DNA of 64,000 nt from Eledone cirrhosa (lineage: Eukaryota), in the NCBI GenBank assembly GCA_964016885.1, contig OZ024741.1, positions 239,072,001-239,136,000 on the forward strand, written 5' to 3'. The position numbers and the translations under genes are program-made. The notes below the pieces were generated by a model. The model had not been told where the DNA came from and made no database searches. It saw nothing but the letters and a program-made list of their open reading frames with translations. Positions 1 through 14,244 of the stretch are shown here, piece after piece; position 1 is the stretch's first letter, and each line of letters starts with the position of its first letter.

Positions 1-74
1 GAAACTGAAAAAACTCACCATATGTATGTTCTTCTGGTTTTATAATTTCACAAATGTTTGCCAATAGAGAGAGA

Positions 75-1437
75 GTCGGTTTCTAACATAGATACAAGAC
101 TCTCCCATTGGAATTTACACGACATCAACTAGTTAAGTATGTATGCATGTCTGCATGCATACATGTGTGTGCGGGTATGGATGTTATTGTATGTGTGGAT
201 GTAGATGTTTTGTGTTTTATGTGTGCATATGTTTTTTGTATCTGTACAAGTGTATGTGCAGTTATTAGATGCAGAATTTTTGGAATGTTTTACACATTTT
301 TACTGTTCCACTAATGGATTGTACTTGTAATTTCTTAACTAGTCATGTTCTTTCTGTTTCTGTGAAGCCCAGCTTCTCAAGATTTGTACTGCAGCAATTA
401 CTAACATATCCCAGTCCCCCAATAATCTGAAGGTATCTGGCAACATATCCACTACTGTGCGTGCCTTCTTTTCCCTAACCCATATTATTATATCTAGTCT
501 GTTATGTCTGCATTTTATTGGGGTTTTTACTGGAACATTCCACCAGTACTCTTTCATATTATGTATATGTATGTCTTCCACATTGCTGTAGCATTTAATG
601 TGTTTACTGTCGGGGCTATCTTTTCTACAGATTGTATTGTACAGTGTTTTAGCCACTTCATCATACCCCATAGGTAGATAGCACCATGATGACGTCTTTG
701 GACAGCTACTTATGACATGGGTGACATCTTCGAGGTTAATTCGGCAGAGTCAGCTCTTGTTTTCACATCTAGGTGTTTTGCCTGCATCCCTATCTCTTTT
801 GTGAATCAGGTATTTTGTGTTGATTTCCTGTTCTTGGATTGCAAAAACATATCCTTCAAAGTGGGAGCCAATATAGCAGTTGTTGGTCCAAGATAGACTA
901 CTTTGTTTATCTATATTACTTTCACTCTGGAGCTTCCTGGCAAAATATTCATGTATGATTTTTTGCTGATTAGCATGCAGTTTTTCATCCATGGATTCAT
1001 TGCACTACTGTTGGGCAATTTCTCTGGGTATGAGTTTTTGATTATCTTTCAAGGAGTTTCTTCCCAACTCTCATGATCTTCTCTGTATCATGCAGATAGA
1101 CCTGCTCGATAGATGGGCTCCTACACTTTGAGGTTCGTAAATGTTGTCGGTGGGATATGATACGACACTCAAATGCTGTCTGGACTGATGTTTCGCCTCT
1201 ATTATATTTCAAGTAGAGGCAGTCTATGTCATTGTTGATGTGGAAGTTTCCGCTGTTGTTTAGAACTTTTCAAGTTTTGACATCAATTGCTCGGATTTCG
1301 TCTATTGTCCAATCGAGTATTCTAAACGTTGGTGTTAGGACAGGCACAGCAAACACATTGTGAGCCACTGTTTTATTGTACGCAGAGAGTTCCAATGACC
1401 ATATTTTTCTTAATCGGGTGTAATATTCCCTGGTTAT
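75..1437 (-). mobile_element. Decayed, 5'-truncated non-LTR retrotransposon with restriction-like endonuclease (R4/Dong-type)
   Basis: Broken frames give YYTRLRKIWSLELSAYNK, FAIQEQEINTKY (then a CCHC region), HNRLDIIIW (PD-type motif) and IIGGLGYV...SGTVKMCKTFQKFCI* (stop at ~266), followed by a 3' UTR. Confidence 0.8.
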
Positions 1438-4244
1438 GCATTGTATGCATGTATGTATGCACGTTTCTCTTTTTCTTGATTTCATGTTTCTTTTCACAGG
1501 CCATCTGCTCAGTGTCATTGCTATAAAGAAAAAAACATTGTGCAATCCTACTATGCACAGCAATTCATCCTTTTAATTTTAAGAATTAATTAAAGATTTG
1601 TATAGTTACAGATATTGTGACCGAGTGTAGCTTATGAATTAAAACTCTGTTCTTTCTTCAAGAATCCATATTCAGTCATTCTTTGGATAGGCCTGTTTGT
1701 ATATACCCTATAGCTTCAATAATAATAGGATTGAAACTGAATGTGTGTTCTGGGTACAAGATTTGCAAACTTGATATCCCCCTCTTTTATTTTATTTTTA
1801 CTACATGTCAAGTGAACAGTTGGCACCCACAACAGAACATGATGTTATTTTGTGGTCTTGAATAGCAGTATCAGTCTGGTTGCATTTTAATTTTAGGTTC
1901 CACTAATATTTCTTTGTCTAATATTCCTTTGTCTCATCAATATTTCAGTCTCAATATATTCATTACTATTTGTTCTTACTTTCATCTTCTTCGGTTGTAT
2001 TCCAGATTATTCTAGCTGCCACATCATATCTTATGGGAGGATAGTAACAAGAAGACATTCTTTCACTGTTGGAAACAATGTGGCTAATATCTTCTGTCTT
2101 TATTTTACAAAGCCTACATTTTTGTAGTGGTTTACCACTTGTGTAGTAGATACTCAGTAATGTAAATGGACAAGGAATTCTAGATGAACAATTTTTGTAT
2201 GGACAGGGAAAATAATCACAAAAGGAGAAGACAAAGGAAGATGAGATTTGAGCTGTGGATACTGGACATCACAAATTCGATGACAAAGTGTTGTGATAAG
2301 TGGTGATATACTCTATAGGAGAAACAGCTAATCTAGGCCAGCATGGAAAAATAAATGCGAATGCTTCAGAAAATATTCGCTAAATATAAGGTTTATCACT
2401 AGCAATAGTTTGGCTTCAGAAAAACTTCTCAGTATATTTTACATCAATTAGCTGAATAAGAAGTTATGTTTAAAATCAGTAGTAGCTTTCTGTAGCCTGA
2501 ATAAGAGAGATGTCTACCATTTCATATTGAATCTAACCATGGATTACAGAATAATGAAGTAACTTAATGTTTCAGTATGAATCAAATTATTTGTAAGGGT
2601 TCTGTTTACTCTTAATTTTACAGTTTTTTTTAAATCTTATTTTCCATGAAATCCTCCTTTTCTCTCGTATAATCTTCTCTGTTGTGCTTCAGGCATACAT
2701 TTAACAATAAACAGCACAAGCTAATGTAAAACCTTCATCTAATACTAAAAGTATAATTTTTTTTTAATTTAAAACTATATTTCGATGAAACTTACCTAAT
2801 TCCAGAATCAAATAATTCAGATTATATATGTTCTCAGGAGGTAACATTATGTACTTGACTATAGAGATAATTATATTTCTAAAATTCAATTTAAACTTAC
2901 TGTTTAGAGTAAGATAATTTTCTTACCCACCAATGAATAGAACGCTGTCCTCATATTTTCATCTCTTAAATTCAGCTTGAACTTGTAATAAGAATCCAAG
3001 TTAAATTAAAAGTAAACATTTACTCCCACTCAACCTATCTATAAATCTATATGCTTGTTATTCTGTACCAATAATCTATTAGTTAACCATTCACATTAGC
3101 AAACAGCCACTGATTTGCTGAAGAATACAGATTCCATCAGCTTCATTATGTTCTCTGAACAAATTATCAGAAACTGAGGATCCACATATGAATTGCTTGC
3201 AATAGATTTAAGAGATACCATAAACTTAATCTTTTACATCAACATTAATGAAGGCACCACAGATAAAGCTGGTACTGTATCTTAAACTGAGGTTATAGTT
3301 AAATTTGGTGTTACACTGATTTTTAACTCCAACAACATAGTCAGGTGTTACCAAAATATTATTGATAGCACACAATTTACCAGCTAATGGACAATGAGCT
3401 TTCTGTAGATTACTACGCCTTGTCAAAAGCAATTAGTTGAACGCAATTAAGAAATAATTAAATAATAAAATATTTTTAGATTGTTTTCTGTTTTATTATT
3501 ATATGATATAATGCATTTCAATGTAGTTACTGCTATGTTGTTAATTACTTCAAGAAAGCCATCTTTTTTCATTCATTGTGACAAGGATATAATCATATTC
3601 TGGAGAAAGTGATGGGGAGGATTACATTTTAATTCTTTTGAAAATTCTTACTGAAAGTTTTTTTTTATGTTTTGAGTTGATTATAAAAGATCAGTTTTCC
3701 ATTCAGGGAAAATAATGTAGAGAACATAACAAAACTATGCTATAAGTTTCATAGTAAAACTCCATCTCAACATGGAACAAATAGTTACAAAAAAATAACT
3801 ACTTAAAGTAAATCTTAACCAAATTGGAAACTCCAACATTTTTCATAAAGCTTTGATTATTTAATATTTTTTTTTGTGTAGAGTCCCTTTTATGACATGT
3901 AGTGGTACAGTGTTGATGATACAACTGTATAAGGCAGTCAGATATTTAAAGCTCTAATATAATTTTATCCACATCAAGATTGATATCTTTTTTATATTAT
4001 CTAGTAATTCTGATGATTTCTCTACAGAGGAATTAAACGCTACCTCCTTCTGTATTTGAATGAAACATGTAAATCAATTAAATAATGTATTAAGGTATTG
4101 GACCATGGTTATTTATTCATATATAGTGTGTATTCTGGTTTTTAGAATATGTATCCCTACATCTCAAAAGGCACCCAGTTGCAAAACATTGTCTTAAAAC
4201 ATTCCGTTCAACTCATGCCAGAATGGAAAAGTGGTAGTAAAAAT

Positions 4245-4630
4245 AATTATTTCTACTTTTGGCACAAGGCTGGCAATTATCCCAGTGCATTACTGGTACT
4301 TTAGTTTATCGACCCCGTAAGGATGAAAGGCAAAGTTAACTTTGGCGGGATTTGAACTTAGACCATAAAGGGCCGTAACTCTTTGCTGCAAAGCATGGTG
4401 TCCAACCCTCTACCGATACTGCCAATCCACCACCCTCAGTAAAAATAATTGTTTCTACTTTAGGCACAAGGCCAGCAACTACCCAGTGCCTCACTGGTAC
4501 TTTATTTTATCGACCCCGTAAGGATGAAAGGCAAAGTCAACCTCGGCGGGATTTGAACTCAGATCGTAAAGGGACGTAACTATGCTAGAAAGCATGGCGT
4601 CCGACCCTCTACCGATACTACCAATCCACC
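4245..4630 (-). mobile_element. Two tandem copies of tRNA-derived SINE family A
   Basis: A-box TGGCAGTATCGG, B-box GAGTTCAAATCCC, central GCCTTTCATCCTTACGGGGTCGATAAAATAAAGTACCAG (resembles the Meta-SINE core, from memory) and 3' end GCCTTGTGCCTAAAGTAGAAACA. The flank GTAAAAATAAT recurs between and beside the copies. Confidence 0.85.
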
Positions 4631-5244
4631 GGTAAAAATAATGGGGAAAAGTTGGTGATAAGTGTGTCTGTATGTTTGATACCACCCCAACTTCTATGAG
4701 ACTAACCCGCTTGTTTTAAAGTGTTTATATGTATTTTTAAAAACCTTCCATCATAATTTTACATAAAATTCTATGTTAAGTTAGGTTCCAAACACCAGTT
4801 TATTTATGAGAAAGCAAGTTATTTTAATAAAACCTCCAATTTCTTGATTATTTTCAAAATTATTTGAAAATCATGGAAGTCTTTCATTAAAGCAAAATTT
4901 AACTGAGCAGGATTTGATCTCAGAACACAGAGTCAAAACAATTACCTCAAAACATTGTTTCTGGCGTCCTAATCACTCTGCCAATGTAATTATGTAATTA
5001 ATAAGATTGCCAAGAAAGAACCTCATAGATTAGGGGCCTTAGAATAGTAGAGCCAAGCCTCAATTAGTATGAATAATTAATCCTATAAAAACCTTGTACT
5101 AATTGTGGCTTGGCTATGTATTACATCAAGAGCATCTAAACGGTGGCCAATCTATAAACCAATGGCAATTATTTTGCAATTTAAATTTTATATAAAGAGA
5201 TTTTATTGAATGATTAATACCTGGGTATTTTCACTCTATAAAAT

Positions 5245-5870
5245 AATTTTCTACTTTTTGGCACAAGGCCAGCAATTACCCAGTGCATTACTGGTACTTT
5301 ATTTTATTGACCCCGTAAGGATGAAAAGCAAAGTTAACCTCAGCGGGATTTGAACTCAGAATGGCAAGGGCCGTAACTCTATGCATCAAAGCATGGTGTC
5401 CGACCCTCTACCGATATTGCCAAATAATGATTTCTAATTTAGGAACAAGGGCAACAATTTGTAGGGAGGGGAAAATAATTATATTGACCCCAGTACTTCA
5501 CTGGTACTATAGTTCAATGGCCTCAGAAGATGGAAGATAAAGTTGGCCTCAGCAGGATTTGAAACTAGAACACAGAGGGGTATAATGGAATGCTGCAATG
5601 CACTTCATCTGACATACTAATAACTCTGCTATCCACGACTTTTCTGTTCAATAAAATAGTAATTTCTACTTTAGATACAAGGTCAGTAATTTCGAGGGAA
5701 AGAAAAAGTTGATTAAATCAACCCTAGAATTTGACTGTTACTTTATTTTATCAACCCTGGAAGGGGAAAAGGCAAAGTCGACCTCAGCAGGATTTGAACT
5801 CAGAGCTAAAACAAATGTTGTAAAGCATTTATCTGACATTCTAACAATTCTGCGAATTCAACACCTTTAT
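5245..5870 (-). mobile_element. Cluster of three SINE-A copies (one young, two older long-form)
   Basis: Same head, core and tail motifs. The older copies carry an extra ~35-bp segment before the tail. Confidence 0.75.
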
Positions 5871-7934
5871 TTCTATAATATTTGACACTAACTTACCAGA
5901 ATTTCCTTGTTTAACTTTCGAAAACAGATTTCCACAATATTATGAAATCATTCGGTCAGGCATTATAAGGTTAAGTAATGACTACCCCAGTAAATATTTT
6001 TCTGTTTTCCTCTGATCTATCTAGCAAACTACACAAATCATTTGTCCTAAACATGTTTCAACGATGCTAGACTGCTGTCAGCTCCAATTAGTTTGCTATT
6101 GCATCTTATTAAAAGACATTGTGGAACTGAAGCCAGGTGCTAGCCTGATGGATATTGATTGATAAATGAAATCAATATTCATGAGGCAGTCTTTTACCAA
6201 GCTCAGCTTTCTGGTGCCAACATTCTCCTTCTCTGACACTGTCGCCAACTTTTTTTTTTGTTTTTCTATTTTTCCTTCTTTTTTTTTATTTTTAAGTGAG
6301 TGAACAGGCAAGTCTCTTTAAACTACTGCTTTACATTGCTACTTTGTGAGGAGTAAATCTATTCATTGAATTACACACACGTACACACACATACACAAGT
6401 ACATATACATAAACACTCAGACACAAATACACGCACATACATGTGCACATATAAATACACATATACACACACACACATACACACATACAACTAATTTTCA
6501 AGGGAAACTGGCACCAAGTGATGGCTAATGCTGCAGCCTGTCAAACACATGATGGCTTCAGTTCACACCTCTAAGATTTTCAGAAAAGAGAGGAATTCTC
6601 AAATTCTCACTTGACTCAACTCCAAGAGAACAAGATAAACTGGAGACAAACAGTGATTTATTATTTGTGTGGGCATGTGGGGTATATGTGCATGAATATG
6701 TGTGTATTTGTGTTTGTGTGAATGTGCTTATGTGTATCAATGTATGTGTTTGTGTGAATGTGTTCGTGTGTGTGAATGTATATATGTATATGTTCATGTG
6801 TATTCATATGCACTAGTGTGTGTGTTTGTGTATACATGTATGGTTTGTATGTGTGTTTGTGTGCAAGCATGCACATCTGTGTGCGTTAAATTAATTAATA
6901 AAGCTTTACAGTACAGATATGCATTAAACAATTTATCCCATTCACTTTTCAGCATTATCTGTCCATATAGCTGATATTCCAATGTAAAACAAGTTATTTG
7001 GGGCTAAAAATTAAAATTAACTGGCCATCAAACTTTCTTTCTTTGACCAACTTCTATGACAACCAAAATCTCTAACAGGCCTTCCATGCAAATATGATGG
7101 CGACAGCTTTCTGGTGCACAATTTCCTTTCCCCTTTTTTTAAATTCCATTCTCCATGCCCTGGCATGGATTTTTTTCCCTTCTTTCATGTATCTCTTCTT
7201 TATTATTGGTTTTTTTTTTTTTTGGGGGGGGGGGGTGCCTCCCTAGCTAAACACTTCAATCATTTTAACTACACAAACAAACACATATTCGCATGAAGAT
7301 AATGCATAGTAACTATTTACTAGAGCAATGCAGTGTGTGCATAGCCACTTACACAGTGTATGTGTATGAGAGGTGGGGAAAGAAAGAGAGATTAAAATTT
7401 TTTCTTGGTATAGCTTTATATCTTTTAGCATGTAAGTACTAAACTCATGCCATAATTGAACTTTTGAAAGAATGTAACTTATATAGCCTGCCTGCACAGG
7501 AGAAGCCTTCTCTCAAGCCAAGCTGTCTTAGAGCATAACATTGATTGACAACCAGTTAATTAATTTGGGGCAATGCCCAGATGATAATGAGATGATGGAT
7601 ACAGCCAGAGCAGAGCAACTGACGTAGAAAAAAAGCTGCCCCCAGATGAACATCTCAAAACAGTTTCTTTTTGAAATATGAATGCAAAGAAAGAGTAGAA
7701 GATGATAATCTTTTTAATGGTGTTTGAACAAGACAGTAGCACAAAGGAAGAAAAACATTATGATTGTAGCCATGTAAGAGGTCAGTGTAATATGGAACTA
7801 AATAAGAAGACAATATTTGGAATAAATCAGTTAACATTTGTGTCAGTCTGTGATCAACTCTTGCTAGGATAGAAAAACAAGCTTAAAAAGATTATTATTA
7901 TTGTAGTTGTTGTTATTATGGTATCAGCAGCAGT

Positions 7935-9125
7935 GGAGGTGGTGGTGGATTGGCACTGCTGGTGGAGTATTGGACAAAATACTTTGCAGTATTTAGTTAC
8001 TGAGTTCAAATCTTGCTGTGGTCAGCTTTGCATTTCTTCCTTCTGGCATCAATAAAATAAAGAACCAGTTAAGTACTGGGGTCAATATTATTGACTTTCT
8101 TCATCCCCCAAATTACTATCTATGATTAGAAATCATTATTATAAATGATGGATTGGCAGTATCGGTAGAGGGTCGGACGCCATGCTTTCCAGCATAGTTA
8201 CGTCCCTTTATGATCTGAGTTCAAATCCCGCCGAGGTTGACTTTGCCTTTCATCCTTACGGGGTCGATAAAATAAAGTACCAGTAATGCACTGGGTAATT
8301 GCTGGCCTTGTGCCTAAAGTAGAAACAATTATTATAAATGATCATCCTTACGGGGTCGATAAAATAAAGTACCAGTAATGCACTGGGTATTTGCTGGCCT
8401 TGTGCCTAAAGTAGAAACAATTATTATAAATGATCATCCTTACGGGGTCGATAAAATAAAGTACCAGTAATGCACTGGGTAATTGCTGGCCTTGTGCCTA
8501 AAGTAGAAACAATTATTATAAATGATTAGATGGTGGTGGATTGGCAGTATCGGTAGAGGGCAGACGCCATGCTTTGACGCATAGAGTTACGGCCCTTGCC
8601 ATTCTGAGTTCAAGTGCCGCCAAGGTTAACTTTGCCTTTCATCCTTACGGGGTCGATAAAATAAAGTACCAGTAATGCACTGGGTAATTGTTAGTCTTGT
8701 GCCAAAAAGTAGAAACAATTATTATAAACAATTATTATTGTTATGAGGGCAGTGGATTGGCAGTATCGGTAGAGGGTCAGACGCCATGCTTTGCAGTATA
8801 GAGTTACATCCCTTTATGGTCTGAGTTCAAATCCTACCGAGGTTAACTTTGCCTTTCATCCTTACGGGGTCGATAAAATAAGTACCAGTAATGCACTGGG
8901 ATAATTGCTGGCCTTGTGCCAAAAAGTAGAAACAATTGTTATTATCATGATCTGAGTTGAAAGTCCCGCCGAGGTTAACTTTGCCTTTCATTGTTCTGGC
9001 TCTTTATATTCTGATTTCAAATCTTGGTCAACTTTGATTTTCATCCTTCCAAGGCTAATAAAGTACCGGTCAAGTAGCAGGGTTGATGTTTCCCCCTTCC
9101 CCCAAATTGCTGGCCTTGTTAGAAA
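7935..9125 (+). mobile_element. SINE-A chain (about 5 copies) including a 92-bp x3 tandem of the SINE 3' half at 8249-8524
   Basis: Repeated SINE-A motifs. The unit CATCCTTACGGGGTCGAT...GAAACAATTATTATAAATG occurs three times almost identically. Confidence 0.85.
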
Positions 9126-10673
9126 GAATTATTTATAGAAGTTGATGTATTATCAGTGTGTTTTTTTTTATAATTATTGGTATTACTGTTAGTAAGTAAA
9201 TTGTTATAAGTGTTATAGTTCATTTCATGTGTGTTCTTTTTTTAATTTGTCTTTACAGACATGTTTCATTTATGCATTCCCTTTATATCCTTTGTGAGAA
9301 ACAGAAATACTTTTTTTTGTTTTTAAAACTATTTAACAATTTTAAATATAACAATAGCATAAGAGTGATCTCTCTTTCAAAAATAACTTCCTGGCCTTTT
9401 TGGAATAACTACATACAGTGTAGGTTTAATTTTCTTACTGTAACAGTTTCTTTGCATCAAATCACATGGTAACATTTAAAAGAATTTATACATTATTTAT
9501 CATTAGACCATTTAAACCATCATGTGCATCTACCCCCAAACACATCAGCCAATGATAGTCATTGCTTAAAGAATTGAAACATAACTACAAACTTATAAAC
9601 AATTTTATTTTAATCATAAATTATAATATTTTAAGATATTTAAGATGGAATCATACAACTTACTCCACATTACCTGATGGACCTTGTAAGGGAGAAACTC
9701 AAAGTTCTAATGTAAATATGGAATATCCAGCTATTAATGTGTGTGTTTATCATTCACTAATGTATATTGGTGAGAGATGTAAACATAGGCAAGAAAATTT
9801 AAATACTGGTGCTTTTAAACAAAGTCCCTTGTGATATTTGTTTTGCACCAAGTTACACAGAGAATCCTTTGTCACTCTCACTATCAGGATTGACAGCACT
9901 AAATCAACAACGTTATTGTTTTTCAATTACATTGTGAAATAAATAAATATTTATGCATACAATGAAAACAATGTATGACATTTGTCACTTGCAATATAGT
10001 TAGCCCCCTTATCTGATTATTTAAAGTGCAAACATTTTTGGAGTGTTTAATTAAAATAATTGTGGTGGTGGTGGTGGTTGGTTGGTTGGTTGGTTGGCTG
10101 GTTGATTGGTTCTTTTAAAAACTGCTACATGTTTTATATAGGTTGTTTTTGCCAGTATATTCATTCATTTAATGCTAGTGAGCACCTGGTTGAAGATTTT
10201 GTAGCACAATTGATTGTATTAAGCTTACGGGTATTTTCAGTGAAGATTATTTTTTAAGGAACTCATTAGAATAGTTACTGTTAATTACAATCTGCTTCAG
10301 TCTATCGAGTTCACAAGAGAGGGATTCGTCAATAAATTAAAAGTTTACAGTGATAGAATTACTGGAGTTTTTTTTTTTTTCAAGACATCAGCTCTTATTA
10401 TGATGAGACTCTTATTTAGAATTTGAAATTGTAATTTTCAAAAAATCCCTTTAAAAAATGTGGCTTGCTTCCCATATGTGACTGTTTGGGGGCTTATGGC
10501 ATGTGTCTGTGTTTGGACTTAATAGAGATGTATTTGAGCAAAAATCTTTTATTCTCCCAATATCCTCATTAACCCTTTTGATAGATATGCTAGAATCCAA
10601 ACACAAACATCTCTATAAATAATAATGGTTTAAGAAAATCAAGTAATATATTCTGAAACAGAAAAAGTAGCCA

Positions 10674-10750
10674 GCAGCCACTATGGAGAATCGAACGCCA
10701 TGTCTAGTGAATTCTGGCTGAATATATTACCACTACACCACATGGCAGCT
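10674..10750 (-). pseudogene. tRNA-like sequence (pseudo-tRNA or SINE head)
   Basis: A-box TGGTGTAGTGG and B-box GTTCGATTC at tRNA spacing. The anticodon arm does not pair cleanly. Confidence 0.5.
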
Positions 10751-10899
10751 GACACAGTTTCTGTCAAAATTAGAAACCATATATAACAGCTTTTTCTAGA
10801 AGAAAAGCTATTATTGTTTATAGTGATTTCTGCATGTGAATTCCAACATTTCAAAATTCAAAACATCTAAGCCCTTTGATAAATAATAATAATAATAAT

Positions 10900-11122
10900 A
10901 ATTGTTTCTACGTTTGGCACAAGGCCAGCAATTACCCAGTGCATTACTGGTACTTTATTTTATCGACCCCGTAAGGATGAAAGGCAAAGTTAACCCCTAA
11001 TAATAATAATAATAATTGTTTCTACTTTTGGCACAAGGCCAGCAAATACCCAGTGTATTACTGGTACTTTATTTTATCGACCCCGTAAGGATGAAAGGCA
11101 AAGTTAACCTCGGCGGGATTTG
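10900..11122 (-). mobile_element. Two 5'-truncated SINE-A copies inserted in a (TAA)n tract
   Basis: SINE-A 3' halves, each flanked by (AAT)n. Confidence 0.8.
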
Positions 11123-11134
11123 AATAATAATAAT

Positions 11135-11219
<85 letters not shown>

Positions 11220-11834
11220 TATACATTTATATATGTGTATATATATATATATATATTTATATATATCATCATTGTCCGCCTGTTAACTTTTCCATGCTGA
11301 CATGTGTTAAGCAGCAATTATTGAGGCTATGTTTTACAGCTGCTGCAATTCCTGACACTAAACCATTCAGTTGCTTCTTACAATATACAGAGTTGCCGTG
11401 TACTTATTCTTAACTGGATATACTTGAATATAAGCTAAGAAATATGTGACAAAAAATCAAGGGTAAAATTGGGGTTCAGCTTATATTTGAGGTCAACATT
11501 TTGCTGATTTTCACCAAGTGCTAAAATATATGGAATTATTATTTTACAATGAAACACAGTTTTTCTACATTTACATCATTATTGGTGTTATTTATGTATT
11601 CCCTTGAAATAATTTCCAACAATTTTTATAATTTGAACTTTTTAATTCATAAATATCCCATACACATATATTGCATGCACATGCACATGTGCGCACACAC
11701 ATACATCTATTTCTTTGACTTAACCCTTCCATGAGCATATTTCTAATGAAATGTACTCTATTTTAATTAATTAATGAAGAATTTTTAGGAATTTTACTTA
11801 GATTATTATTTCATTACAATTTATTCTAAATTTA

Positions 11835-11965
11835 CAGTTGGTTGGTTGGTTCGATAACAGGATCGTTGTTTATATATTGTCTAAGCTCTTACGTCACACA
11901 TTCTGTGACCTTCTCAGTGACTGGGTTTTTATTTTGTGTCTTTTCTTTTTTCTGTCCTACACCAT
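11835..11965 (-). mobile_element. Diverged solo fragment of the Penelope-like terminal repeat
   Basis: Aligns by eye to 35995-36125, including a degenerate hammerhead (CAGTCACTGAGAAGGTCACAGAATGTGTGACGTAAG). Confidence 0.65.
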
Positions 11966-14244
11966 CTTGTTTTTGACAAAAATTACATATATATCTAAAG
12001 AAATAACAACACAAATACAGAGATGCAAAAACACAAAGTCTTATTATTATCACACTTAGTAGGAAGTAGAGGAGGATTCAGCACTTCAGACATAAGTCCT
12101 TCTTCAAGAAATGGAGAGTTTGAAGAGAGAGGTTGGAAGATTGGAGTTCAGCAAAAACATTTTAAGAAGGTTTGAGGTGATAGGTAAGTGGTCAGGTATT
12201 CAAGAGTGGGGGCCAAGATGGAAAATCCAGGTGAGTCATGGGTGTTGTTATGTGTGTGCAGATGGGTTGTGTTTTGTGGGTGTGCATTATTGCTTATTTC
12301 TATGTGTGTACACATGCATGTCTGTGAGTCTTTTATATTGTTTGTGTGTGTGTCTGTGAATTCTACTGTTTTGTGTGTGTGTGTTTATGAATGTGTGTGT
12401 ATGTTAATGTGTGTATATTTTGTGTAGTTTTTTTTTATTTATGTATGTGCATATATATGTGTATGCTTTTTTATATGATGTATGTATATGTTTATGTATG
12501 AGTGTGTGTATGATGTCGTCATCAGTGCAAAAATCCATATTGTTTGGGACAATGTCAAGCAGATGGAAAAAGTTATTTGTTTATATATCATCATCATCAT
12601 CATCATCATCATCGTTTAACGTCCATATTCCATGCTTGCATGGGTTTGGACGGGAGTTTTCCCACTTGAGGCAAGAGTGGTTGTCTTGCTCGCATAGGAC
12701 TGTCTGGTGGGTTTTCTACGGCTGGATGCCCTTCCTAACACCAACCACATTTACAGTGTGGAACTGGGAGGATTTTATATATATAATCATCATCATCATT
12801 ATATATATATAATCATCATCATCATCATCGTTTAATGTCTATGTTCCACGCTAGCTTGGGTTAGACGGGAATTGTCCCACTTGTGGCAAGATTGATCCGA
12901 TGATGTGTCTCACTCATATAGGACTGTATCTGATATATATAATCATCATCATCAGTATCATCATAGCCGTTTGTCGATTTTTCCATGTTTGCATGGGTTA
13001 GACGGTAAATTAAACAAATGGAAAGAATGAGCCCCAAATACATGAATAGAACAAATAGATAAGTATTCAAAATATTCTCCTATATGGAGATAAGAGGTAT
13101 TAATGTTAATTCAGTCAACTCTGCTGACCAAAAGGGTGAAATTAATATTCTCATAATTTGTAAATTATCAATACCCATCATCAATGCCTCATCATCATCA
13201 TCATAGTTTTTACATCCACTTTTCCATGCTGGCAGTGTTTTACAGTTGAATGCCCTTCCTTTTAGTCACCTCTTACAACACACATAGATACAGTATATCT
13301 CTTCTAAAAATCAGGATATAAGTGGCATACTTCAATAAAATTCAAATTTGCACTACTTGATATTATACTGCGAGTTAGTATTTTTAAATATTGCAGGAAA
13401 CCAGGGTTCAGAAACAGAGTATGAAGTGTCTTAAAATGACTGCCAGTTTTATTTTTTCTTTGTTGCTTTTTTTTTTGTTATCATTTTTCTATTAATCCTA
13501 GTTAGTTGCCAACAGCAACATTGGTTACAGATTTCTAATGAACCATTCACTGTTTTGTTGCATTACTGAGGATGAAATTGACAAGGGAATGTTTGTAACT
13601 CTGTGTAGAACAAATACCACAAGGAACTTGTTTTATATGTAGTGTCAGTTATCAAGTTTTCTTAATGTTTACATAAAGAAATACAAGGATACATACAACA
13701 TATGAACATCTACATAACACACACAAATATATGTATATGGTGGTGCCCCAGCATGGCCTCAGCCTCTCGGCTGGAACATGTAATAAAGTAATAGAGTAAT
13801 ATCATCACCATGATCATTGTTGTTTTAAAGTCCGCTTTCCCTTCTAACAAGGGTTGTTCAGGTTTATATAGACCAAGTCTGTATTGAAGCAGAGCCACTG
13901 ATCTCCCAAGCAAACCCAAGATCTGTGTCTTGCTTATGTGCGGTCTCATGTTCCATTGAGTGCTCTGGAGAGGTTGTTATGTCTTTGACGCTACTAAATA
14001 TATATATATATATATATAATTATCATCATCATCATTTTATGTCTGCTTTTCCCTACTTGCAAGGGTGGGATGGGGCCTCTTCAGCACAGCATCTCTCCAT
14101 TTGTCACGGTCCTTCATCTCCTCTGTGAGTTTCAACGATCTGAGGTCAGTTCTCACCAGAAAGTGAGAGAGAGACAGACAGACAGACAGACATATATACT
14201 CCCAATAATTAATCAACAACAAAAAAACATCACAAAAGTGCAAT

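Noticed and set aside
2796-2879. Possible small minus-strand exon (AG|GTAAGT donor, open frame KYIMLPPENIYNLNYLILEL); similar donor at ~5897
   Set aside because: No protocadherin cytoplasmic motif, a phase incompatible with direct joining to the phase-0 donor, and such sites occur by chance.
3100-3430. Very decayed GIY-YIG-like remnant (CPLAGKLC...STS)
   Set aside because: The similarity is too weak to call without a profile search.
10674-10750. Functional tRNA gene
   Set aside because: A and B boxes are present but the cloverleaf stems are broken; SINE heads were likewise not called as tRNAs.
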